From Paragordius varius (taxonomy: Eukaryota > Animalia > Nematomorpha), in contig OZ176057.1 in assembly GCA_964247055.1 (NCBI GenBank), positions 2,294,001 through 2,358,000 of the forward strand: a DNA stretch of 64,000 bases, in the 5' to 3' direction. Shown here piece after piece: positions 53,607 through 64,000 of the stretch. Both the position numbers and the translations under genes were made by a program. Each line of letters starts with the position of its first letter. The first letter of the stretch is position 1. The notes beneath the pieces were generated by a model. The model ran no database searches, was not told the DNA's origin, and saw only the letters and a list, made by a program, of their open reading frames with translations.

Positions 53607-55503
53607 AACTTGCCAGAGTTATATGCAATTTTAATCCTGAATCGTATTCAACATATGCTGATGGGAACACACTCGGGTAGATTGGTTATGTTTTATATAT
53701 ATTAAAATATGATCTGTGCAAAATTTTTCAAGATTATATATGTTATTTAGAATTGGTTAACCGCAAAATGTATGGGTTTTTATTACTTTTGAATTTCATT
53801 TTATAAACTATTAACCATAAAATAATTGCCAGAGAATGGGCCTTAAAATTTATTATTTTTATATAAAGTCATATTTTTTGCACCGGAACATATGAAAATG
53901 TTAAACATATGATTAAACCATTTCATCTGGGTATTTTAAATGCGTTCATAGTCACGACTAGTAAGCAGCCTCTCTTACGAGGTGCAATAATTTTACGAAC
54001 GAACAAATGTAATTATTTTTTATTATATTAATTGTGACTTTTTTAAAATTTATTTATCGCCTGTGATTACTAACAGCAATGATTTAGCATGCACTATGAT
54101 AGAATTAAATGTGGATGAAATTGTTCACGTTTATGAAATGCCTCATGTAACTCAATGTAATGGATGGTCGTATGGCAAAAATATTAACAATTCCAAGTAA
54201 GGAGAGAGAAAGTGTTTTTTGTAATATCCAATAATCCTACTTATTTTAAATGGCGTTTAAAAATCCGAATTTTTTATACTTTACTTATAGCGTTAATGTT
54301 ACAAAAATTCAACATAGGCAATTATTATTTTATTTGTATTTAGAGTGGGATGGTTTCCTGAAAGTTTCACAATACCATTTTCTCCACCAATTTCCCATGC
54401 CCCAAGACCAGTACATTAACATTTTATATAATATTTTTTTATCTAAGGAACCACGGTAGATTCGAAAAAAAATTATAGATATTCTTTTAGGTGAAGCATA
54501 TGATCATATTCTTTTAATATAATAACAAACTATGAATTCGGTATATAATGTGTTTTTATATTTTGCGACGTACATTTGTATTTACCTTGAAAGACTTATA
54601 AATCCGTAGTTTTGAGGTTAGAACGCCATATAAGATAAATAAATGCAAAAAACCAAATTGATGTGGTCACATATATTCCTAATGCCTTCAAACCACAACC
54701 AATCATTAAGCATATAATTTGGAACAAAAATTATAAAATTTCATATAATATATCATATTTTACTTTAGGTTTTAAATGAGTGCTCACTCATTGATCCAAC
54801 TTATGAGTCGCCTCAACGACTTTTACGTAAACAAAAAATTTTGTCTGAAAATGTTTCACTTACAAGCACGACACTAGAAAATGAAACTCCCGCAAATGAT
54901 GAGATTGAAAATAAGGATACAAATGATAATAAACAAAGGATAAAAAACAAAAGCTTAGAAAACATTCACAAACAGCATTTATTGCAATTGGGATATAATT
55001 GTTCGATTGCTACGCCCTCTTCTACTCACAGCGAACAAGATTCAAGCTTAAAAGTTAGTAATAACCATGAAGATTATGAGAAACATGATGTTGAGCCAAC
55101 AACGATTGATAAAAATAGGCATAGTATTTTAATCAAAAGTATTGATAAAATTGGTGAAACAACCAATTCAAGTATAAATATTGATAAATTGGGGAATAAA
55201 GCCACACCCGCACCAAGCTCTGGTAAATTGAATGAACTTCAAGACATAGAGAAAGAATTTGATAAACGGGCCAGTTTATTTAGCGAACTTAAGGATAAAT
55301 TGAGACAAAAGTCTACATCAGTTACCATGGAGACGGGAAATTCAATGGCATTGGAAATAGTCAATACTCATAAGCAGCCAAATAATAGTAATCAGGGATC
55401 ATTAAATACAGATTGTGTCAAAACAAGTGCTGTTAATACAAAGTTGGAATTGAAAGAGCCACCCCTACCACCTCCATTGCCACCGGCCAATAGAAATGGG
55501 TAA
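42874..55503 (+). CDS. BAIAP2: IRSp53/BAIAP2-family I-BAR (IMD) + SH3 adaptor, copy 1, 15 exons, about 914 aa
   Basis: Exons 42874-42933, 45034-45109, 45488-45577, 45815-45876, 46280-46351, 46961-47254, 49586-49651, 51187-51273, 51373-51879, 52805-53201, 53468-53507, 53605-53676, 54077-54196, 54344-54410 and 54769-55503 are phase-consistent (2745 nt). IMD motifs: IHNIIEDIYK|NLMENYIP, YFEALNKIG, KDIGVSLMDMAD, LKSFN, EKNCYAKLLEKQC, PRLPLW. SH3 motifs: ARVICNF, GWSYG, VGWFPESF. The C-terminus may instead splice on via 55541-55558 and 55585-55612. Confidence 0.88.
45134..45427. mobile_element. hAT (Buster-type) MITE in IRSp53 intron 2
   Basis: TIR ctggggtgtccaacac / gtgttggacacccctg with perfect TSD ctttaaat at 45126-45133 and 45428-45435. 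Also present at 63605-63909; a solo end lies near 17800. Confidence 0.9.
53576..53603. repeat. (TA)14 microsatellite forming the 3' splice-site region of an IRSp53 intron
   Basis: The last A of the TA run is the A of the acceptor AG (53603-53604). Confidence 0.85.
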
Positions 55504-55618
55504 ATATTTCTGAATGCGTTGTAAAATTATATTTTACCAGGAGTTTCCAACACCCCAAGTAATATTTTTTATACCAAATTTTAGGAAATCTAAGATAAAT
55601 CAATTTTATTAAACAATA

Positions 55619-56226
55619 CGGAACGCCATTATCACAACGTATACCCGAATGATATAGAAAGCAAAAACAGTTCTAATATTGTTTTAGTTGAGAATAAGAG
55701 AGTAGAGGATCATGATTATGAATGCCAAGTATGACATATTTCAAATATTTAGTGCCGCATTATCATTTATGTGTATATTTATATAACTATAAAAATATTA
55801 AAATTTTATTATACCACCTCAAAGATTTATAATTACTCTATGTAACAGTAGAAATATAATAAAACAAATTGTGTAAAGGAAAAATATTTCATAAGAATCC
55901 TAAATGTTTATTTCTGTATATCTTTTATAAAACCATATGATTACACTTGAGATAGTATGTTTTTACATCTCTACTATTGCGACCTAATAATATCTTAGGG
56001 AATATGAAAAATACGTTTGTCTTTTATTGTTTATGTGTTATTTTTATAATTTTTATTTAGAACTTAGGAATGCCTTTGATTTGTTATCACTATGGTGATA
56101 TTCTATTAGCCATACGGATAGGTATGTCAACGAGACAGGCAAATGTATTATTCGGTTCAGCATTATAGCGATTTTATCAAGGTGGAATTGGGAAGAAAAG
56201 ATATGCCTAAATTAAAGATAATTTAA
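55619..56226 (+). pseudogene. 5'-truncated, frameshifted remnant of the pseudo-protease gene (part of exon 5 plus exon 6)
   Basis: The exon-5 part differs from 37206-37315 by 2 synonymous changes. The exon-6 copy (56061-56226) has a 3-nt deletion in NDLG, a net 5-nt deletion near 56115-56125 causing a frameshift and early TAG, and several missense changes. Confidence 0.85.
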
Positions 56227-59173
56227 AATTTTTGATGAAAATTAATTGTGATTTATGCAAATTATTTATCATAATGTGATTTTTTTAATAATATAGATGT
56301 GGGAATTATAATAAAGTGTCGCATTTGGTTTAAAAAGTAGTGTGTATTGGATGTATTTTGAAGATTAAAGCATGGGGACTTTTAATTTAAACATTGAATC
56401 CTAAAACGGTTCTTACCCATCATATATAAAGTAATTAGCACCGAAATCAGCTAGGTTGCATATGATGATACTTGTTGACATAATTTTGGTATATATTCGT
56501 TGCTTTGAGGTGTATATTACTTAATAATAGGAGTACTCCTGTTTTGGTGTGGTAATACACTCATTGTAAATAATATTCGTTGAGGAAAATGGTGACAAAA
56601 GGCGAGATTTTTTCATAAACTCCTCCATTCACGCACTGATACTAATGGCTGGAAATATGCAAAATTGATTTTTTATACTGGTATTAAGGCCGACGTCTAC
56701 TAAGAAGGAATCAATTGACACTATCAAGGCTTTAGAATCACCGTCAATGTATTGTAGAGAGTTGTAATGCTAAAAGACGGAAAGAGACTTTTTCTATTTT
56801 ATAGGGTCCAAGAATATGAGGCTTTCGGGACCCACATCTAAAATTTCAAATTGAATAAAAATATTGTTTCCCCTTTTATACGTAGTTTTTGGTATAATTT
56901 AGTGATATTTTTTGGATAAAAAAATTAGACTTAATCAAAATAAAATTATTAAAACAAAATGTGCGCAAATTTTGCCCTTTTCTGTTTTAGGGCAATTACC
57001 ACAAAATTTAAATAACTTTTAAGGGCCAATATATACCATGATAATCCTGATACATTTTACTACCAGAATATATATTTTAATTCACCAAACTATATTTGGA
57101 ATATGTATATATTATTGAATTATCTTTTTCTTGCCTCAAATTTTTTACACTGTGTATAACAAGTAGTAATTTTTTAGGACGTTATATAACCGCATCATGA
57201 CTAGTTATATTTAATGTTCAATATATATCATTTTAAAAATTAGTGTAGGGAACATTAATTTTATAAGGGGTATGTATTTATAAAACAAATTACTTCAACA
57301 AAACAGGTTGAAAGCAAAAAAATTGAAATATTGTTTGAAAACCATTATTACCGAAATCTCGATTTATATCTCTTGTGATGTCACAATAACCATTGTCATA
57401 CCAATCTTTACTCATTTGAATAATTTTATATTTTTACATCAAAAAATCTATATTTTATTTGAAAATGTAGAGGAGGTTGGAAGCGATTTTTTTAAAAAAA
57501 ATCCCCATAAGTTTTAATAATATATTCAATTTAAAACGAATACGCCGAGAGTTACCGAATCTTGTCAAATTGGCCCCTCAATTTCAATGCACATTGACCA
57601 AGGGACTAATATTAAAAAAATGATTCAGTTAACATCGGCATATTTATAGATGAAAAAAATCAATTTTCAAATTCTTACAGGTTTTTGGGTTTCCAAACCC
57701 TAACACGACAAAAAAAATCAATCTCCCTGGGCCCAATACAACAAAATTCCATTTTTATAAGCGAATAAGCCTAAACATTGAAAAAATGCTTCACCCAAAA
57801 AATATTTTCAAAACCTATGTTTAAGAAGGTAACACTAATGAGTTAAATAACTCTGTCACCATCAGTGCATTCAATTAACCAAATTCATTATAACATACCT
57901 AAAAATCAAATAGATATTAGTTTAAAGGCTATTTGCCCGGAAAATTTGGTTAAGATTTGGAATCCAGTACAGAGGCCTGGCTAGAGGTGGGGAAGGAAGG
58001 GCACCAGGCCCCATAGTTGAAAGGTCACCAGATTTCAACAAATTTTAATTTTATTTAAAAAAATAGGTATTTAAAAGCTATCATTTAAAATAAAACTTAA
58101 AAAATTCATTTATTTATGAGTGGTAATGTCCACCGTTAGAATTTGATTATTTTTAAATAGGGGCGCCAAAAATGCAGGCTACGCCTCTAATTCAGGAGTA
58201 AATTTTGATCAATAAATGTACCGAGTCACTGAACCACATTTTGATAACCCTATTTTAACCCTCCCCTGAAGAATAGGATATGTGAACAATTATTGGTTTC
58301 GTAATTTTCCCGAAATTTCATTTTAATTAAAATGTAAATTTTCTAATTTATTGATTATTAAATGTGCTGTGGGTGACCATGTTTTTCTAATGCTATTGTT
58401 TAAACCCCCTTCCTTTCTAAAATATGTATCAGAACAAAAATTAATATTAAATCAATTCTACGACCTTTTGTAGCCTCTCGAAAAACGGTTTTAAAAATTG
58501 GTAGCAACTTTCAAAAAATGTACGCCAATTCAAATTAAATGGATCTTAGTAAGAGGGCATTTTTTAGCATTAATCTCTACTTATTCAGACGCATGTAAAA
58601 TAGGTTTTTTTGTAAAAATGTTGTGACTTTAAACCAGTTTTTTGCTAATAATGTAGGTTCATTTGATTTTAAAATTGGAATTTTTTCCATTTATTAATAC
58701 GCCTATGAGGACTGAATTTTTTTAATGTTTAAGCTTATAATAATTTTGTAACCATTTTCTGTGAAACGTGTATAATTATTTTTTATAAATGTCCCAAGAG
58801 TTGAACCCTTGAACCATGTATTTAGCTGTGCTTCTTAAGTTTTTTTCTCAAAAAATATGTATCCCAAAAAAATCTTAAAAATTTTTGGCACATAGAGGCA
58901 TATTATGGTTTTATGGTCTTATGATTTCGCTTACAGAGAGGTATTTGAGAGTTTGGCTGCTTAAGGCTCCTCACCTCTTTGAATTAGGCCCGAAATATTT
59001 TAAACACGATATCCAACTCAATAGATTCCATTTATCGTCGAGTGATTGTTTTACTCCTTTGATTAATCCTAGCTTAATTGTTGATACAATATGCAATATT
59101 ATATCGAACATTCAAAAATAAGTTGACAGTGAATGCGAAATCAAGAGATGGTTAAGACATTGTTTTCATATAT

Positions 59174-59501
59174 ACCATTTACAGTTTAAATTTACCCTTG
59201 ACTCAAATTCACCCTCGAACAACTCAAATTCACCCTTGAACCTTTCAAATTCACCCTACATTTCAAATTCACCCTTGAACAATTAAAATTCATCCAAAAA
59301 TAAATTATGTGTTTTCTAACTAATATAAAACTTATTATTAATATAAATTATATCTTTTTTCAGTATTATTTTAATTTAAAACAAAATTTTATTTCTTAAA
59401 AATATATTAAAATATAGACAATTTTTAATCTTAAAAAGTATGTTATTTATTTGAGGGTGAATTAAAATTGTTCAAGGGTTGAATGGTTTAAGGGTGAATT
59501 T
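59174..59501. mobile_element. MITE family A present only in duplicate copy 2
   Basis: accatttacagtttaaatttaccc...aattcaccc repeats on the left and gggtgaatt on the right. The orthologous copy 1 position (about 40985) lacks it. Confidence 0.8.
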
Positions 59502-60074
59502 GTGTATTTATTACTTATCTCTTTATATTCATAACGTCAGTTTTTTAAAAGTTTTCATTTTATGCCAATTCATTATCGATCGAAATAACCATAGTGCAAC
59601 GCGCGACTGGGCCAGCTAGTATTTCAATCAAATTCTCTAGGTTATAATTTATGATGATAGTTTAATATCTAAAAATTCACACCACCAAAAAAATTTCCTA
59701 TGCAAAATAAACAATAAACCCCCAAAATAATGATTGTTCATTATAATGAACAATCAATGAAACAGAACTGGAAGCAAGAACGTTAAATATTTCAAACACT
59801 AATCCTTATAAGACCATAAAATTTAGTTTGTTCTGAATTTGGGTATATAATTTTACTGAGTTATTCCTTTTTATGATGTGAAAAAAATAAATGCCAATAT
59901 GAAACAATCCTATCAGTGCTTTTATGTGATCACCATTTTTAAAATACACAGCGTGTCATAAATTTTTTAGTTTTTATATAAAATATATAAATATTACTTT
60001 TGAAAAATAGGAAAAAATATTTAATTATTACGAAAATATATATATGCATACTACTGTGTATAACTCCTTATTTC

Positions 60075-60120
<46 letters not shown>

Positions 60121-61328
60121 TTTTACCTGTATTTTTTCGTGTTTTTTAATGACATAAATATATCTAATAACATCTTCCCTGTACCATTTTGCCCGAAGCC
60201 TTTTCTGGGCTTTATTTTATGACGAAAAACGACATTTTTTGCTATTCTATTTTTGTTTCGAAATTTCCCCATCTTTTAAATGGCATAAACCATCCATTTT
60301 TTTAAATATTTTTTAAATTTCAATATAAAAACATATTCGGTGTCAGAAAAGGTATGTATATATAAATGATAATTTTATTATTTTTGTGGTTTAATTGCTT
60401 TTTTAGATAATATTAGATTCAAACAAGGATCGATTTACATTATGAGTAAGTATACATTGCTAGAAAATTATTAAGTATTTCCAAATAGTAAATACAACAA
60501 AGGGCAGTATTATTGGCTATGAATAGTAAAAAGTGAAAAAAATAACTATAGGCCAATAATACTGCCCAAGTTTTATTTACTATTTGGCAATAATTTATAA
60601 CTTTCTAGTAATTGTATACTTACTCATACTGTATACCTTTCTCAATGATATAACGATTTAATTATTTTTAAATCAGAATTATTCGATGAAATTTATTTAA
60701 TTTAGGGGGGGGGACTTAAAGCATAGGAAAAGATTAAATACAAAAAACTAATCCCCGCCGTTTAATATTATAGTGGATTTGTTGTTTGAAAAAATAATTA
60801 ATTTATTTTTATTGTCTAGGTATAAATAAAAAGCAGGTAGTAGAGACCAAACTACCACCTATAAAGTATTATAGTCTATGAGCATTTGCATTTTAATTAA
60901 AATTAAGATTAAATGCAAACGCGCACCTCTTAAATGCCAAAAAAATACGAAATACGAACAAGGTGTATTTTAATCCCTTCCCCCCTTTTTCGATATATAA
61001 TTCTTTTTTTTTCAAAACAAATTTAATCAAAAATTTTTATAATACCTATATATATAGGATTTGATAAACTCAAATTTAATAATACAATCAATATTTTATT
61101 TTAATGTTTTTTAAAATATTTAATTGTTATAAATTTAAATTTATAAAAAAAAAATCAATTTGATTTTTGCAAAACTTGAAGCATTCAGAAATTTCCGCAA
61201 TATATTGCTATAAAATTAATTCATTTCTTTAAAAACCTTGTTACAATGAAAATGAATAAAATGAAATTATATCCAGAAAAATTTTATAAGGACAGATAAA
61301 TCCCCAGTTTTGTTAAAATTGTTGGATC

Positions 61329-64000
61329 ATGATCTCCGCAAATACAGCCACAGATAAAATTCATAACATTATTGAGGATATATATAAGGTATTTTAAAAT
61401 TTATATTTTTTGAAATTACAATTAAACTTATTTTGGTAATTGATCTTTCCGCTTTTTGACAGAAATATATATTACAGACACATATATTAATGATTTAATA
61501 AAATATTATTTATGTTTTAGCAGACAAAAGCTTTTTTCAGAATTTCAAAGGGTTTTAAAAGGACTGTATATATATTTAAAACATTTATGCTTAGTATATT
61601 TGATAAATAATACTTCTTTATGATAGTTAAGAAACTCTCTTTTATGTTTTGTCAAACTATCTATTTTTTAATTTTAGCTATATTTATAAAAAATTTTACA
61701 AATTAAGTGAAAGTTTTTTATAACTTTTTTTCGCCTTATTTTTCCCTTTCCCTCATTGTAAATAAAGAATAAATGAACTAATAAAACAGTATAATCTGTG
61801 CTTAACCTTGATTTAATTTTTGAAAGTTTTTTTTTACTAATTTTTAGTACTGTTTTTAGTTATTAGGTTATATTAGGTTATATTTCTTCTCATATTACCA
61901 AAGACACATTTCTAGCGAAACATTTTCTTTTGCGCTAAAAATGTCTATTTTATGAGCGAAGATATTTAACAGATGTGAAATATAAAATTTGAAAAATATG
62001 TATATAATCTGTTGGTTTAAAAATGAAATTTAATATATAAAAATAAAAAAAAACTTCTTTTAGTTTTAATAAGCTAAAAAGAAAGTTCTTGAAATTTTCA
62101 TCAAACATCTAAGTAATTCTATCATATCGAAATTCGAAAAATCTTCGCACATTATGTAATAAATATTATACTGATTGTTGAATGCCTTATTCCAAATTTA
62201 TAAAATTTTAAAAAAATTGGTAGGCTCTATAAGTCGCCAATTATTTTACAAGATTTATTAAAATAAACGCGCTTGCAGGATATTATATGAATGAATGCTA
62301 GAACGGCCTCAATAAAATTAATTTAATGTATGATTTTGGTTTCCCTCGATTTTGAAAATTTAATTTTTCATTAAGATGATAGAAATGATAAGTAACGAAT
62401 TAAGATAGTGTTTTGACATTTTAAAGCGACCGTTTCCACCATGCTTTATGATACTATAAAATGCGCTCAAACAATTGTTAAATTTGAATCTTAGAAGCAG
62501 AAACTAAGATATATTGGTACTATAGGGTGTTTTTTATGCTAACTAGGCCATTTAGGGAAGGCAAAATTTTGACATTTTCGGAGCCCACTTTTAAAATTAA
62601 ATTCGATATAAATATTGTTTTGAGATTAATACAACTTATCATGTATTTAATCATGTTTTTTGGTGAACTCAGCTTTTATCAAAAATTGATTTATCATAAG
62701 ATGCTGAAATTTTGCGATTATTCGATTGTCACAGAAATTGCATTAACGTTCTAACGTGGCTCAAAAAAACAGAATTTTTGAAACATTAATCATAGGATAA
62801 TATGTGTTTCATCAGTAATTTTTATACCCGCAGTTGGTTCACTAACACGTTTATAAGTGGATGATTAGTTAACAACCCCAAGTCAAATTCAATTCAATTT
62901 TTGACACCTGTTTTGTAATTATTTGTTTACCTTATCTAAATTTTAAATCCATAATTAGTAAAATTGTTCAAGTGGGCCCTGTTTAGCTTAGATATAAGCA
63001 ATTTTTATCATGAAGAATCGGTTTAGATTCGTAACATGAGGATTAACCTCCAAACCAAATATTCATTGTCAGCTTTTTTAAATTTAGTTTTACAATGGGT
63101 TTGTTCTTGAGCTTTTAACTGAATTTTAGATTCATAATAATCAAAATCATTTTTTAATGGATTAAAAATACTCTTTATATGCATTGTTTTGGCCATAAAT
63201 TTCATTACGACCGCGGGCTTAAATGTTATTAATTTAATTGATTAGCATTTAATGTTAATAATAAAACAAATTATAAAAACGGTAAAATTATATGTCATCC
63301 GTTTCTCCTAAAACTTTTATTTAAGATGCCAAATTATTTTGGTTTTTTCTAAAGGTCTCACTTTCTTTTTTTACAATTTAGTTTTAGTAAATATACACGT
63401 GAATCATTAATTTGAGACAATAAAATTTGTGATAAAATGCCTATGTGATAAAAATTATAAAGATAACTCAAATTCAATTAATTTACCATATCATTATTAT
63501 ATAGAATCTCATAGAAAATTATATTCCTTTGAGTCGACACTTGGTGCAACAAACTAAACTGTTTGTTAAATCATTGAATGGTAAGCTTATTCATTCTTTT
63601 AAATCAGGGATGTCCAACATAAATAGCTCCATAGTCCCTCATTTTTGGATAAAAAATTTGGTGGGCAGCATTCGCAAAAATATACTGGCATCAACAAATA
63701 TTTTGTTAGATTTTGGAAATATAATTTGTAAAAACGACCATATATTTCAAGATTTTTTTGCTAGTTCATGGTAGAAAATTCCGGGAACTTTATTTAAAAA
63801 GTTTGTTAAATAAAATAAAATTTTCTTAAATTTCCTAAGATTTTGTATTTTTAAAATTTCTCGGCTGCAAAAATATTTTGGAGGGCGCCGTCCGTGTTGG
63901 ACACCCCTGCTTTACATTAATTTAAAAAATAAATATTTAAATATTTTAATTTTGTAATAAACTTTAAGCTGCTTGCCATTCTGAGAAATGTTATTTCGAA
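61329..64000 (+). CDS. BAIAP2: IRSp53/BAIAP2-like gene copy 2, first three exons (continues beyond the window)
   Basis: Exon 61329-61388 is 60/60 identical to copy 1. Exon 63505-63580 has 2 differences (M>I and one synonymous). Exon 63969-64000 has 1 synonymous difference. Splice sites are intact. Confidence 0.85.

Larger units (their letters stand above)
55612..64000 (+). repeat. Copy 2 of the tandem segmental duplication (runs off the window)
   Basis: Homology to copy 1 begins at about aacaa / cggaacgcc (55612-55619 vs 37197-37206) and continues colinearly to the window end. Confidence 0.95.

Noticed and set aside
55585-55733. In-frame IRSp53-protease fusion protein across the duplication junction
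   Set aside because: The protease frame is closed by TAA at 55591-55593, and no canonical acceptor of the required phase links it to the phase-2 IRSp53 donors.
1-64000. rRNA, tRNA or other structured RNA genes
   Set aside because: I recognised no conserved rRNA segments, cloverleaf or A/B-box patterns by eye. A covariance-model scan (tRNAscan-SE, Infernal/Rfam) would be needed to exclude small RNAs.

Overview
Very AT-rich (roughly three-quarters A+T by eye) eukaryotic, most likely metazoan, genomic DNA. It has spliceosomal GT-AG introns and heavy transposon debris; the taxon cannot be assigned from sequence alone. The ORF track mostly shows single exons or antisense shadows, so I rebuilt genes by hand using splice sites, phase continuity and recalled family motifs. 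In order: (1) the 3' end of a class A GPCR-like gene (+, 164-1139); (2) a possible small minus-strand gene with 33-44 nt introns (6635-6910); (3) a complete 7-exon STUB1/CHIP gene (-, 14542-22388, 287 aa), head-to-head with (4) a complete 10-exon RANBP3-like gene (+, 22477-29294, 473 aa), with only 88 bp between the ATGs; (5) a Buster/SPIN-type hAT element with both TIRs and a perfect 8-bp TSD (32105-34556), plus an older decayed sibling (about 4490-6344); (6) a 6-exon, probably secreted trypsin-fold pseudo-protease with all three catalytic residues replaced (+, 35895-37833, 268 aa); (7) a 15-exon IRSp53/BAIAP2-like I-BAR+SH3 gene (+, 42874-55503, about 914 aa) with large domain-loop insertions; (8) a tandem duplication with about 18.4 kb offset starting near 55612. 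The duplicated block carries a decaying 3' fragment of the pseudo-protease and the conserved first three exons of a second IRSp53-like copy. Mariner, Tc3/rosa-like, second hAT and LINE relics and several MITE families fill introns and spacers. I saw no rRNA, tRNA or CRISPR. The best candidates for new biology are the triad-dead protease homolog, the IRSp53 duplication and its junction, and the I-BAR/SH3 insertions.
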